In this document: positions 36,059-48,660 of the stretch, in pieces
Layout of the letters: every line of letters starts with the position of its first letter
Numbering within the stretch: position 1 is the stretch's first letter
From: Camelus dromedarius
Taxonomy: Eukaryota
Assembly (NCBI RefSeq): GCF_036321535.1
Contig: NC_087438.1
Coordinates: forward strand, 9,550,001-9,614,000
Direction: 5' to 3'
DNA length: 64,000 bases
Position numbers and translations under genes: made by a program
The notes under the pieces: model-generated
What the model saw: the letters and a program-made list of their open reading frames with translations, nothing else
The model's database searches: none
What the model was told of the DNA's origin: nothing

Positions 36059-37733
36059 CTTTTCTTATAACCCCTGCTCATAATCAGTGGCAGTCAGAGA
36101 GAGCACTTCCACCCATTAGCTAATTAATTCTCACTACATCCTTCTCAGAGATGACCACCTTCCCCAACTCCTTATGCCTTGCCCATGTGGAAATAAAGCT
36201 GAGTTTTCAAAACATACTCTTAAAATGGTAAGAGCTGGAAATTGAATTAGAGATTTATGTTTCCACCCGCTCATTGAAAATTCGGATTTTCATTTTAAGA
36301 CATCTCCTGAAAATGAACTTTCCCAAAGTTTACTTTTCCAAAATGGTCAAAATTGACACCAACTGTGATGACCTCAAGCCACCAGGAAATATCTGTATTC
36401 TTCCTCTTCTTGAAAATAGTAATAAACCAGCTGCTTGCCAGTGCAATGTATATTGAGTATATAAGTCTTCTATTTCCTTGGTAGTCCTCTTCCCCAATAA
36501 GAACAGCATAGCATTTAAACATTAATTATGCCATCACCTTACATGAAGCAAAGCTGTGAGCAGCAAAGTCAGAACAGGTATACATTTTAGGTATGGCTTT
36601 GAGGGTCAAGATTTCACCTCATCTAAAAATTATTACTTTCAGATAATATTTACTACTGTCATAAAATGCTAGCTTTCTGTTAAGCATGTTGGGTTATGTA
36701 AATCATGTAAAGATATCAAACTCCTCTGGAGCTACCAAATTTATTTTCTATTCTGTTATAAACTTTATGTTAATTTATATATAATTTTAAAAATTGAAAT
36801 ACAATCACATGATTCAAAAATAAAAATTTTTAAATATATATATTAAAAATGTCACTCTGACTTTTGTCCCAAATTCACCGAATTCCTACCACCATCTTGT
36901 ATCACAACAGATAATTGCTATTAGTAGTCCCTTTGTATCATACCAAAGTTTTTTTGCATATCCACTATTGATTTTAATTTAACAAATGCTTCTCTGCTTA
37001 ATAAGCTAGTGTAAAACAGAGAATAAAGCAATATTTCAAGAGAAGCAAAAAAACTAATTTGATGACAAAGTATTTTTTTATTAAAGAAGATAAGCTTTTT
37101 CCACACCATTTTTTTTCTTAATGCAGCTGAAGTGTTACAGTTCTGATTTCCCAGTACACTATTTTTAGTTAGTGGTTCAATCAAGAAACATGCCCATTTG
37201 TCAGGCAAAGTAGAGTCTGGCAAATAATTATGAGTCAGACCTGAGAGATGATCTATTTTCTGGATAACAAGCATGAACAGAAAAGAAACATGCAATGTTA
37301 TTCTGTATTCTAGCATCAGTGTTTCACAGGGATCCTAATTAATTAGAGGATGAGACTTTATCAGACCTGAAAAGTCCTTTGAGATTTCATCTCAAAATAG
37401 AATTCTAACTTTCTCTTTTACACTAGTAACTGAGATTGCAACTGCAGAGGAGGTTAAGAAATTACCGGCAACTATCAGCAAAAATGATACAGGAAGCAGA
37501 ATTGCCATAAAAAGAAAGCAGGACAATTTTATCCTTCACTGTCAATAAATTTTTATTGGGCATTGATTTGATAGCCTATATTTGTTCCAATTCCACTCTT
37601 CAAATATTGCTCCTGACTTCCAAAGAGTTACAATCTAGATAAATGTAGGAAAAACTAAAATCAATACAGAACATTAACAACTTGTCAAAATTAAAATATG
37701 TGTCATAGGGACATTGTTTTCTCAGTTAGTGAT

Positions 37734-38128
37734 TGTAATAGTCAGCTATTGCTAGAATAACTCTGTGTAACAAAGCATTCTCAAATTTAGTGACTTGCAG
37801 TTTTCTTCCCTATATTTCTGCAGGCTGGTTAGGGTGGCTCCATTTAGGCTGTCAGTGAGCTGAGCTGGGCTCCAGACTGCAGGTGAACCCAGGGCATGTT
37901 CTTCTTATGGTGAATGGCAGAGCACACACACACAAAAAAAAGATAAAATATCATCAGCATGTTGAAGCCTCAGCTTAGAAGTCATGTGGCCAACGCCAGT
38001 ATTAATGGGGCAGGAAAGTGTGTTGTGCCCACAGTGCGAGGGTACTGAAACTTTCATGCAAAAGATGTGGGTAAATAATTTATAACAAGATAATGAAAAA
38101 TTGATGGGCAATGTTGTAACCTACTACA
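37734..38128 (-). mobile_element. Old MLT1 (H/I/J-like) LTR
   Basis: tgtaatagtcagctattgct..tgtaacaaagcattctcaaatttagtgacttg..tcttcttatggtgaatggcagagcac..ctactaca. Confidence 0.7.
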
Positions 38129-38379
38129 GTGGTAAAGAAAACAAGCTTTTTGTTTTTCTTCAATCAGACAAAGGACACCTTGGAACTATGTTTTTTTTCA
38201 TCTCCCTAATTCTTTTCACTTGTGGTGACTTTCTAGTGCCATTTAGTTTGCATAAGTTTCTAAATATTATATTATAGGCTAGCAACTTCTATGTCTTAAG
38301 AGGAGTCCAAAAGGGTATCTAGCTGTAGTTTGTCCCCTGAACACTTAAAACACAGATATGCAAAACAGAACCCAAAGGA

Positions 38380-39085
38380 AACACTCATGTTCATCACAGA
38401 ATTATTACAATAACCAAGAGGTGAAAGCATTCCAAAGGTCCATTGATAGACAAATGGAAAAAGAAAATGTGGCATATAAAGACAATGGATTATTACTTAG
38501 CCTTTAAAAAGAAGGAAATTCTATCAAATGCTACTACATGGGTGTACCTTGAAGGCATTGTGCTAAGAGAAATAAGTCAGCCACAAAATGACAAATACTG
38601 TATGATTCCACTTATATGGGGCAATGGAATTAAAATGAGATTTGGAAATTTTAGCCATTATATATAAAAAATGATTAAAAAGACAAGTTTCTTCTACATA
38701 GCTCAGGGAACTGTATTCAATATCTTGTAATAATCTTTAAGGAAAAAGACTATGAAAATGAGTATGTGTATGTATATGCATGACTGGGACGTTATGCTGT
38801 ACACCAGAAAATGACACATTGTAACTGACTGTACTGCAATTGAATGAATGAATGAATGAATAATTTTTTTAAATTGTGGTCACTAGGGGCTGGAGGGAAA
38901 GGAAAACGGGGAGTTGTTCAGTGGGTATAGAGGTTCAGTTCTACATGATGGAAGAGTTCTAGAGATCTGTTGCACAACAGTGTGAATATACTTAACACTA
39001 GTGAAATGTACACTTTAAAATAGTTAGGGTGACAAATTTTATATTGTGTATGTGTGTGTGTGTTTTGTACCACAATTTTTAAAAA
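38380..39085 (+). mobile_element. L1MA/L1MB 3' end with a nested younger L1 tail
   Basis: ORF 38443 (IDKWKKKMWHIKTMDYYLAFKKKEILSNATTWVYLEGIVLREISQPQNDKYCMIPLI) is the L1 ORF2 C-terminus. The host 3'UTR resumes at ~38876. Confidence 0.9.
38620..38865 (+). mobile_element. Lineage-specific (camelid-like) L1 3'UTR fragment
   Basis: caagtttcttctacatagctcagggaactgtattcaatatcttg..tgcatgactgggacgttatgctgtacaccagaaaatgacacattgtaactgactgtac. Confidence 0.75.
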
Positions 39086-41599
39086 ATGTTAAGATTACAA
39101 TGGAGAAAAACTTCATTACAGCAGCATATCCTTGAATAACTATTTGCTGTGATTAAATGTCATACCAAATAGAATAAAAAAAAGTTCTTATTGAGCAGAA
39201 AATAAAAGCGAGCCCCAAAAAGCAGTTGATGGAGCAGAGCTTTGCACCCACCTCGGGCCCAGGGAGGCACCTGCTGACAGCTCAGGTGTGAGGAGGACAA
39301 AGGGGACGGGGTCCAGTCAGAGGTTAACGACCACTGTGCTTACTGTTATGTCAATCAAGCCCTCCTGCACTTTTATTTGCTGTATTGCTTTTTTCCTCTC
39401 CCCAGACCCTGGGCCTAAAAGCAGACGTGATGGATGCCCTTGTCATATTGCGAGCTGATAACTGTCACACTTCCCCTCCTGTTCCCACTATAATTTCCTT
39501 CAGGAGGTTTGGCTTACTACCGGCTGAGTTTGGAGAGAGCCATTCTTGTCAAACTTAGGAGAAAAGAGAGAGAAGAAATATGGATTTGTGACTCCAGTTT
39601 AAATGAAGAGGTGGCAATTTCCCTGGAAATATTAAATTAGAGGTTGTGATTTAGGCTTCCGAGTCTTAGTCTACTTACTCAGCTTTCTCTTTAAAGCAGG
39701 ACTTGGAAGAAGAAACATGATCTCAATATTTACCAAAAAAAATTCAGGGGAAATCATTCCAGAGCTCCTGTGAGAATTAACGAGAAATGGCAAAGAAGTA
39801 CATTTTATTTCACAGAATGCCACATATCTCAAGTGCCCAAGGAGCTACTGGATGTGAAGGGAATTATTATTAATTGTGAGCATGACCTTCCTAGGGACAC
39901 TAGGTGAGCTTAGGAAAGAAGCATCCGTAAGGCATGTTTGGCCAATCACAAAGCAGCTGGGAACATCACGGAGGGCATAATTGACGGGACCAAAGGTAAT
40001 ACAAGTCTTGGAGGCAGATCAATCGATCTCATTGAAAAATGCAGGGCAGCTCTGACAGCCAGTATTAAACTGACAAAATAGGGAAGACAAAGGTGAGTTT
40101 GATGCCGTCCTAAAGATATTTTGAAAACTAATCGAATAATGTTCAACATCAACAAGTTCTACCGATTTGATGTTTCGATGCTACTGAGACGTGTCTGTGA
40201 AACGTTAACAAATGCAGAAGCGATGTAGATGGTCACTGCAAATTCGACAGCATCAGAGGAGCCCTGCTTTAAAACCTCAACATATCCTGTTGCCTCGGAG
40301 GAAAAATCAGCTTCCAGGTATCTAAGGCAAAAGATGCTGATGCTTTAGAAGGGGTCATTTCAAGTTGAAGGGGTAATTTCAGATGGTTCGGAGTGCTTGT
40401 CCAGGTAAGCTCCAGTGGGCACCATCTCCAACCTTTTGGAAAAACAAAATTAAGCTGTAGACCTCACCCAGAAAAAAAAATCCCATGAGATAAACTTTCT
40501 CTTTTTTTTTTTCCCCAAAATGTGTTCTGTTTCCCAGAATTGTACAGATTTTAACTCAGTGTGAACACAAAGCATTAATATCAAAGTTGGGTTCTCAAGA
40601 GGGAGAGAAAACTTTGTTTCAGTTTCTCATTGGCCCTGGTATATTGTTACACAATTCAAAGTTAAAGGCACTATCTAAAATCCAGGTCACAATTTTATTA
40701 TAACCACTTTTTGAAAGTTCACAGAAGGCTACGGTCATAAATGGCATTATTATTAGAATAATGTGAAAGGTTACACACCACACAGAATAAGACAGGGCCC
40801 GACGATTGTTTACCCCTTTTTTTGAATTTCCCAGGGCTCAGAGCTGTCCCTCAGAGCCTAGAACCACAATACCTCACAGGCAAATCAAGCTGAACAGACA
40901 TAAAAGAAAATTCAGACGGGCAGAAAGCTCAGCACCTCAGCCGCAGAAATCCTACAGAAGTTAAACAGTCCCTCAGTTTAAACAACAACAACAAAAAAGA
41001 GCCCAGTCCTCAGCATCATCCCTGGGAACACACGTCTAAATCTGCGATATATTCTGAGCCAAAAAATTAAAGGACCAGCAAGAGCTCTCTTTTCGGAACA
41101 CATGAGGTCATTTAAGACCACAGAAAAGGGCATCTTAGAGTCACCTGACTGTAGGCGTTTATCACATCAGGAGGAGGAGGGACGCGTGTGTGGGAGCCTG
41201 GAACGTGTGCACACTCAGGCGCGGGCTGTGCATTTGCAAGGATTCTTAACACATTGTAACAACTGTAGAAAGTCACACAAGTTTGATTTCTTGTTTTATC
41301 ACTTTTTAAAAACAGATATACTGTGTCTGGAATTCAGGGTGAAATAAAGCTTTCTGTGGCAGAACCAAAGTAAGTGAACGATGCCGGGGGCATCATTGTG
41401 GTGCTGAGGGGTTGGACTTCGTAAGTCATCATATGTCATCATTTTACCCTTTTTATGTGGTACTTGCAGTAAGGCATTTTAAACAACCAAAAGGCTTAAA
41501 GTATAAATCTAAAGATTTTAAGAGTAATCACGGAATTACACAAAAGTGTAAAGTTGTTATCAAAGCATAAGAAGGTGCTAGATCCTTGCAAATAAGATT

Positions 41600-42320
41600 C
41601 TCCCCTCTCAAGGTCTTTGTACAGGCTGCCCCTCTCTCTGGTTATTTGTCCCCAGTGTCTGCATGCTCCCTCTTCCAGCTTTATTTGGATCTCAGGTCAT
41701 ATGCCACCTCCTCAGAGAACTCACTGATGACTCTCTAACAGAGATCACATATCTTTCCTGTGATGGTTACTTTAATGAGCAGCTTGGCTAGGCTATAGTG
41801 TCTAGTTGTTGGATCAACAACCAGTCTAGATGTTGCTGTATGAAGGCATTTTGTAGATGTGATTAATGTCTACAGTCAGTTGACTTTAAATAAAGATTAT
41901 TCTTGATAATGTGGGTGGGCCTCATCCAATCAGTTGAAGGCCTTAAGGGCAAAAGCTGAGGTTTCCCAGAGAAGAAAGAATTCTGCCTCAAAACTATAAC
42001 ATAAAAACCCTGCCTGAGTTTCTAGCCTGCCTAGTTGCCCTACAAACTTTGGATTTAAGTCTGACATCAACTCCTGCCTGAGTTTCCAGGCTGCCGCATG
42101 GAGTTCAGATTTGCCAGCCCTCACAGTTCTACAGATGTATCAGCCAGTTCCCTAAGATAAATCCCTCATATGAATATGCAGGTATATTATCTCCTTTCCA
42201 ACTCCATTACTATTCTTCATAGCGATTAGTGCTAGTTAAGATATATAAGCATTTATTTTTCACTAGTAGCTAGAACGGTGTCTGAGATCTAGCAGGCACT
42301 CAACACACATTTACAGGATA
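41600..42320 (+). mobile_element. L2 3' fragment split by MLT2
   Basis: tctcaggtcatatgccacctcctcagagaac.. | ..ctagaacggtgtctgagatctagcaggcactcaacacacattt. Confidence 0.6.
41759..42175 (+). mobile_element. MLT2 (ERVL) LTR, MLT2B/D-like
   Basis: tgtgatggttacttt..cttggctaggctatagtg..gggtgggcctcatccaatcagttgaaggccttaa..gaattctgcctc..ttgccagccctcaca. Confidence 0.88.
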
Positions 42321-42399
42321 CATCAATGGTATGCTTGGTTTTGCCAGTCACTTCTCCAAATGCTTTCAATAGAATAACTCATTTACTACTCCTACCTTG

Positions 42400-42570
42400 T
42401 TATGTTGATGGTTGAGGTGCTGTTTTGCTCTTGTTTTACAGCTATTGAAACTGGCATGTAGAGAGATAATGGTACTTCCCCCAAAATCATGCAGCTGGCA
42501 CAAAGTGGAGCTGGTCATTGAAACCATACAGCTGAGCCCCAGAGTCCAGACTTTCAAATTCCACATTCTA
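42400..42570 (-). mobile_element. MIR SINE
   Basis: ttttacagctattgaaactggcatgtagagag..cttcccccaaaatcatgcagctgg..gtggagctgg..ccagagtcc. Confidence 0.6.
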
Positions 42571-44063
42571 AAAATCCTCTGGGACTTTTCAGCTTCACGA
42601 GAATATGATTTGGTGGAAGAAAATTCTCTTTTAGAAGGCATAACGATTAATGATATATAATAATAAAATTAAAATACTCTATACATCTGTGATCTTCTGA
42701 CTCCATGTGATGTGGGGAGGTGGGGGATTTACAAATCACTCCATTAGACCAGAAACAGGGGTTTTTTAATTTAAAGAAGAAAAAGGAAAAGAAAGGGAAC
42801 ACTGAGAATCATCAGATGTTCCATAGGCTTTAGTTAAAAATAGATTTCAAAAAAATCCAAGTAGAGCAAATTGGTCCGTTGCAAGGACTCTAAAAAGAAA
42901 CACAGCTGAAAGACCATGGAAAACATTTGAAAATGAAACCACATATATATCATCACAAACATCTTGGTGAAAAAGAAACCAAAAAGGAGACAAGAGTGGA
43001 GGCAGAAGCGGAGAGATGGCCTCTAGCGAGCTCCAGAATATGAAGCATGGTGCAAATACCGGCCACAACTAGAACACTCTCCCCCAGCCACACCTTCCAC
43101 ACCTTCCACTGGGTCCGTTAGCCCAGAGCCTGATTCTGAGTCTCCCAGCCTGGCTAAAAGTCTACCAAGAGTTTCTGGGACTCTATCCCCACCTAGAGGT
43201 TTGATGGTAAATCAAGTTGCATAACAGGAAAATGCCCAGAGCATCAAAACAGCAATTGCAGCTGTAATCATCAATGTCCAAGTCCCTGGGAAGATAGCCG
43301 TTAAGTGATTTGTAAAAGCACTCAGCAAAGGAAGGGGGAATGCTTTGGGATCCAGAGGCGTTAAAGAATAATATACGAGCCTTATCGCTCTCTCTTGAAA
43401 TATCAGGTCTTGATTTCAGGAAGAGTTTTGACAAAAACTGCATAGTTTCGTGAGCAATATAAAGAATTATGGGCTTGATTACGGTTAGTCAGCCTGATAG
43501 CTGGTTCAGCATGGCCTATGAACCCTGCATATTGTGTATGCGGACAAGCTGGCACTGGGTCTCAGTGGCGCTGGAGTGGTGCGCCATCGGCACTGAAGGG
43601 CTGCTGTGGGGTTGCCTATACCTGACCAGAAAGCAGCGTCTTTCTCCACCATTAACGGCTAGCTGCTCACTAGCTCTTTCCTCCCCTCCCTCTGCTCCTG
43701 GGCTTCTATCTAATTTCTTGGACCCCTGGTAGAAAGGAAGAGAGGGAGTTAGCCTTTGCAGGAGAGGTGAAGTTGCACATCGGGGCACAACTTTTCAGGT
43801 GATGTCCAGCTGCGGAGACCTAGGGTGTCAGGGCTGTCTCTCTTGGCTGATGTAATGTTTGATGGTGGAGACTTTACCCCAAGACCCTTAACCAGCACTG
43901 CCTATGAAAGCTTCTAACCTCGAGGATCTATACAGGTGACTTGGTGTGGCCAGCTCCTCACCCCTAGCAGAGGTCCACCCCAAGGCCTTGGGATGGGATC
44001 CTTCGGTCTTTCAGAAAGTTCGATGAGGGCTGCCTGGAGATTCAGACCTGCCCCAGCTAATCT

Positions 44064-44077
44064 GTTGCCATGGAAAC
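44064..44077. promoter_or_regulatory. Consensus RFX X-box
   Basis: GTTGCCATGGAAAC is a full 14-bp near-palindromic X-box in unique sequence. Confidence 0.65.
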
Positions 44078-44429
44078 CTAGGATTCCCTGTCTTGTCAAT
44101 CCAGTACTCACAGAAAATAGGTAGGCGATGGGGTCCAGTGACGGCTGTGGCCCTCTCCTAAGCAGTTCTGACACTTCGCTATCTCCTTGGTAAGAGATTT
44201 CCCTGATGTCACTGGACCCTGTCTACAGGTACAGGAACAGCCACCAGGTGAAGCTGGACCTCAGGCCCTACATTCAGAAACACCATAGTCTTTAGAGGAA
44301 ATATGTCCAGTGATCTCCTCTCAATGGAGAGAGAGAAGGGTGACTCCCCATACTCAAACACTCTGAACTCTCTCCAAAACGTTCTCTTCCTAAAGACTCC
44401 TCCCCCTCTTTCCAAATCTCTTCCATTTG

Positions 44430-44620
44430 TTTTTATTTCTATTACATGGTGGTAAGAACAGTAAGCACGAGATCTACCTTCTTGAATTTGTAACTATGGG
44501 AACAATATTGTACAGCAGTTTTCTGGAAATTATTCATCCTGCAAAATCGAAACTTCATACCCATTGATCAGCAACTGCTCTCTCCGTCTCCTCCCAGCCC
44601 CTGGCAACCGGCACTCTCCC
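44430..44620 (-). mobile_element. L1MA 3'UTR fragment
   Basis: gtggtaagaacagtaagcacgagatctacc..tgtacagcag..ttcatacccattgatcagcaact..ccagcccctggcaacc. Confidence 0.75.
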
Positions 44621-45290
44621 CTCCTTGGAGTGGAGGAAGACACAGGGAGGCCACCAGCTTGCTCAGCAGTGTTGGTTCAGGTTGGCAAAGTCCTTTTGGA
44701 TCCCGGACATTCAGGTCAGAACAAGAATAGTCAGGAACAGTGTTTAATGTCTTAAGTTATTGCTACAAAAAAAAAAAAGCCTTTATAGTACCATGTTATA
44801 CAACTTAATATTAGTCAGCCGTGTGACATGGTTGGTCATTAGTTTCATGCTACAAAAAATACTAAAGTGCTCATAAACATCCAGGCTCTTCCACTTCCTG
44901 ACCTGCATACAGCAATGTGTTGTGTACGCCAAAATGTCTTTCCCTATAAGAAAAGCTCAAGAAAGCAGAGACTAGTTCTGGATTGGGTGCTATCAGGAAG
45001 GCGAGGGGGGAGCGATTCGGTGATCGGGTCTTGGTCATTTTCACCCAAGAGGAGAGGGAGAGGAGTAGAGTGGGCTCCAGCCCACTGCTCTTAAAATCAT
45101 ACAGAACAACCCCAAATCCTGTAATAAGCTTCTTCCACCTCCCTTTTACCTAGATGCCCCATGGTTCCTGGGATGTGCACTTTCCCACATTGTAACAAGC
45201 TAAGAAGCCTAACCTTGTTTGGCTTCCTGTTGACTGAAGAGGATGGAAAGGAAGACACTGCAGTAGTGACATACTGATTGGAGAGAGTCT

Positions 45291-45452
45291 TTAGTCTTCT
45301 CAAACATCAGTGTGTGTGTTAATCACCTGGGGATCTGATTTAACTGCAGATACGGACTCTACAGGACAGGGGCAGAGCCTGAGATTCTGAGCCTCTAATA
45401 AGCTCCAGTGATGCCCGTCCTGACAGCGAGGCACACACTTTGAGTAGCAATG
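45291..45452. mobile_element. MER5A (hAT-Charlie)
   Basis: ttctcaaac..aatcacctggggatctg..tgcagat..gagcctgagattctg..taataagctcc..cacactttgagtagcaatg. Confidence 0.8.
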
Positions 45453-46787
45453 CTCTGGTCCACTGCCTTCCCCCCAGAAATAGACTCCCACTTAAATCAA
45501 CTGAAAATCTGCAAGAAATACTGAACCTTGGTACTACTCCCAGGAATGATTCCAATACAAAGCAAATTTTGAGAAACACTGTGTACTGCTTTATGGTAGA
45601 GAGTGGAAGGCATTGAAGAGTTAAATTAACAATTTCAAGGGAAACTGTACAGATAAGCCAGGTTATGTCAAGACAGAGAGAAAAAACAAAGAGAGAAAAC
45701 ATGCAGAGCTGGGAAATAGTTTGCATTCTTGGGACCACGAAAGCAAGTGAGGTGAGTGAAGAATAGTGGGCTACTAGCTAAGTAACGTTATAAGTTTAGG
45801 GCTAGTTTAGAGTTTGTTTACTCCATTCTATGTTACCCTGATAACAGTGGTCTTACATTATGATAATGATATTATAATAAGGAATTCACATGTAAATTAA
45901 ATAAACAGTAATTAGGAACAGAGTTCTAATACTCTGGTCAGCTCAACCGTGGAGAGAGGTCAGGGAGGACAATGGAGGTTTTGAGCCACAGAAAAGAATG
46001 AAGACATAAAGGGGAAGAAGATAAATTATGTATGAAAGTGATCAGGAGTCTGTTCTTGGAAAGCTTCTGGGTTCTGCTGACCTATAGCTTCCCCACTTCC
46101 TCAGGTAAAATCAATATGTGTAATAAATTATGCAGTTGCACGTCTCAACTTTCTACTCTCCAGCTATCACTCCTGGAAAGCAGAAGTCACGTGCCTCCCC
46201 TCTGGTGCCCAGCAGAGGTCTGCTTGTTGACTTACTGCCTCAGTATTTACCCTCACCCAGGGCATTGACTAGAGCAGAGATCTGAATCAGAAATCAAGGG
46301 AACTATCAAAAAATTCAGTGATGACCCCCCCCTCCCATGTACCCTGGGATGGCCACACCCGCTCAGCAGCTGTAGGAAATTTCACCACCATCAGAGTCTG
46401 TGAAGGGAGACCCATGCCTGAGCCCCAAGGTGAATTTATCCCGCTTTAAGGAGCCTGTATTTTGAATCGGACCATTCCAAACATACACTCCAACTGCAGT
46501 GAAGGTCTGTCCTCTGCTGAACTAGATGAATGAACAGATACAGACACATGGGGAAACATTTGTATGCTTTATTTATTTATTATTTATCTTTATGTTTAAT
46601 ATCAGATTCTGACATATATAGATTCGCCTCACCTCCTTCCATGTCCCTTCCCTGGGACCCTACCCAGTCTCAAACCTGTGCCTTATTCTAACTCAGAACA
46701 ACAGGAACAGGACAATCTCCTTCAAAGGTGCTCACTTGCTCTCACTGTAGAGCTGAATTCATAATTTACGACCTCAGCTTTTTAAGG

Positions 46788-46839
46788 GAAATAAAAGGTG
46801 ACATATTTACTCTGAAATAAAAGGTGACATATTTACTCT
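46788..46839. repeat. Perfect 26-bp tandem duplication
   Basis: gaaataaaaggtgacatatttactct occurs twice (46788-46813, 46814-46839). Confidence 0.95.
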
Positions 46840-47739
46840 TTAACATGGTTCTGTTCTCCAATTCTCATTTTCTCTACTGATTATGTGTATAATCCCAGCA
46901 ATAACTCCCATAGCACAAAGAGCTCTGATCACGGCTGCCAAGATCAAAGCTTACTTGCCTTGATGGATTCTGCAGGGACTAGTCAGGATGACAAAGCCAG
47001 CCTCGTAGGGAGGCACAGATTGTGACTGCCTCAGGACTCAAGTTGCAGAGCGCTCAGATCTTTCAGTGCCTTCTGGTTGATCCCTTAAATGTCATTCTTG
47101 AATGACTGTCCCTCATTCACATGAAAGCTCACAAGAGGGCTGTATCCCTTACTGTGAATTAAACATCTGAGTGCGTGTTTTAATTTTTGACTCTGGAAAG
47201 GGAGAAAGATAAGCAGGTAACGGTGGGTGGGAGACACGGAAGTATGACTTCTTCTCTCACAAACAGCCCAACTCAGGATGCTCCCTTGTGCTCTGTGCAC
47301 CTCTCATTGGCTCTCCCCCTGGGGAACCCCCTCCATTTCTAGCCAGATAAGAAGCAAGCAGAAGGGCCAACAAAGACCCCAGGCTCCCTAGGAGGGATGG
47401 GGCCCAAGAGGCTTGGCAGAAAGAGATCACAACTGTGATAGATGCTGCCCATCTTCCCAGTCGTCCCAAAGGACGCTCATGCAGAGCCCGCTGACTTGTT
47501 CTTCCTTCCTCTCATCAGTCTCCACTGCTTGTAATTAATAGAAAGAGCAGGAACCTTAGCAGCACAGTCAGAAGTGAAAGTCTCACCGGCATCTCACTCC
47601 TCAGCCCCTCACGGCTCCTCCTCCACCTTCCTTACTGCACCTTGCTCACTTCCGCAAGCCCATCCCAAAGAGAACCACTGAAAACAGCGACAGTTGTAAA
47701 GCAATGTTTTATGTGTTGTTCCAGATAAAGATCACTCTC

Positions 47740-48660
47740 AGAGTAAGGAAAGCATTTCCAAGCATAGAAATAAAGAAAGAGAGCATAAAGTAATAGATTG
47801 ATGGCCTTGATCACATAAAAATTTTAAATGTGTGTGCAACGAAAGCTGCCAAAAGCAAGCTCTGAAAAGCACACACCAGAAGGAAATTTGTACACCGTAA
47901 ATAACAGACAATATGTCATTATTCCTAACACAAAATCTGCTCTTCCATAGGAAAAAAGAGGTGAATATGCCGGTAGGAAAACTGGCAAAATGTGAAAAGC
48001 TGATGACCAAAAGACAAAATACACATCTACAATGAAAATATTTTTGAGTTCAACTGACGTGCAAAACAAAAACAGGGACTTTAAACACCAGTGCCATTTT
48101 AGCCCATCATAGAAGCAATTATTTTTATGATAATATCCAGTATTAATGAGGTTATGAAAAATCAGATATTTATATGCCACTGGTGAAAATGTGACCTGCC
48201 ACATTTTTTAATAGAAAATATACCAATATTCATCAAAAATCTTAAAAATGTATACAATGTTTGCATTCCTAATCCTATTTCCGGAAATACATTGTGAGGA
48301 AATAATCAAAGATATAAACAATTATTTATTAGTAAATATGATGAAGTATCCATAACAAGGAATATTTGTCATCCATTAAAATTTATGTTTTAAAAGAATA
48401 TTTGATGACATGAATAAATAATCACATTAAAAAGAATGAGTTAAAAGTTATAAACAGTGTGGACCATAAACTTATCTGTGTATGTTTATTTGGGGTGTGT
48501 GTGTGTGTGTGTCTTCCCTAGAAAGCTAGACAGATGCCAGTGGTGATCAGGAGTAGTGACCATTCATGACTAAAGTTTCTCATGGGTTTTTTTTTTTTCC
48601 TGTATTCTCCCAATCTATCATGACTATGTATTTCTTTTATAAATATAATAAGAAAAATAA
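47740..48660 (+). mobile_element. Very old L1 (L1ME-like) 3' region
   Basis: aaagcatttccaagcatag..gattgatggccttgatcacataaaaattttaaat..aatatccagtattaatgaggttatga..cactggtgaaaatgtga; A-rich ORF2-end/3'UTR text. Confidence 0.65.

Noticed and set aside
36330..36410. Possible 75-nt minus-strand coding exon
   Set aside because: Weak donor (AAA|GTAAAC), no partner exons and no recognisable peptide.
43201..43488. Plus-strand frame that looked like a pseudogene or endogenous viral protein (..FQEEF*QKLHSF..)
   Set aside because: About six stops in ~95 codons is the random expectation, and I recognise no match to bornavirus, filovirus or cellular proteins. A tBLASTx search would settle it.
44131..44219. 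Box C/D snoRNA or pre-miRNA
   Set aside because: The box C candidate GTGACGG is degenerate and buried in the stem, the interior is not a continuous duplex, and I recognise no known mature miRNA.
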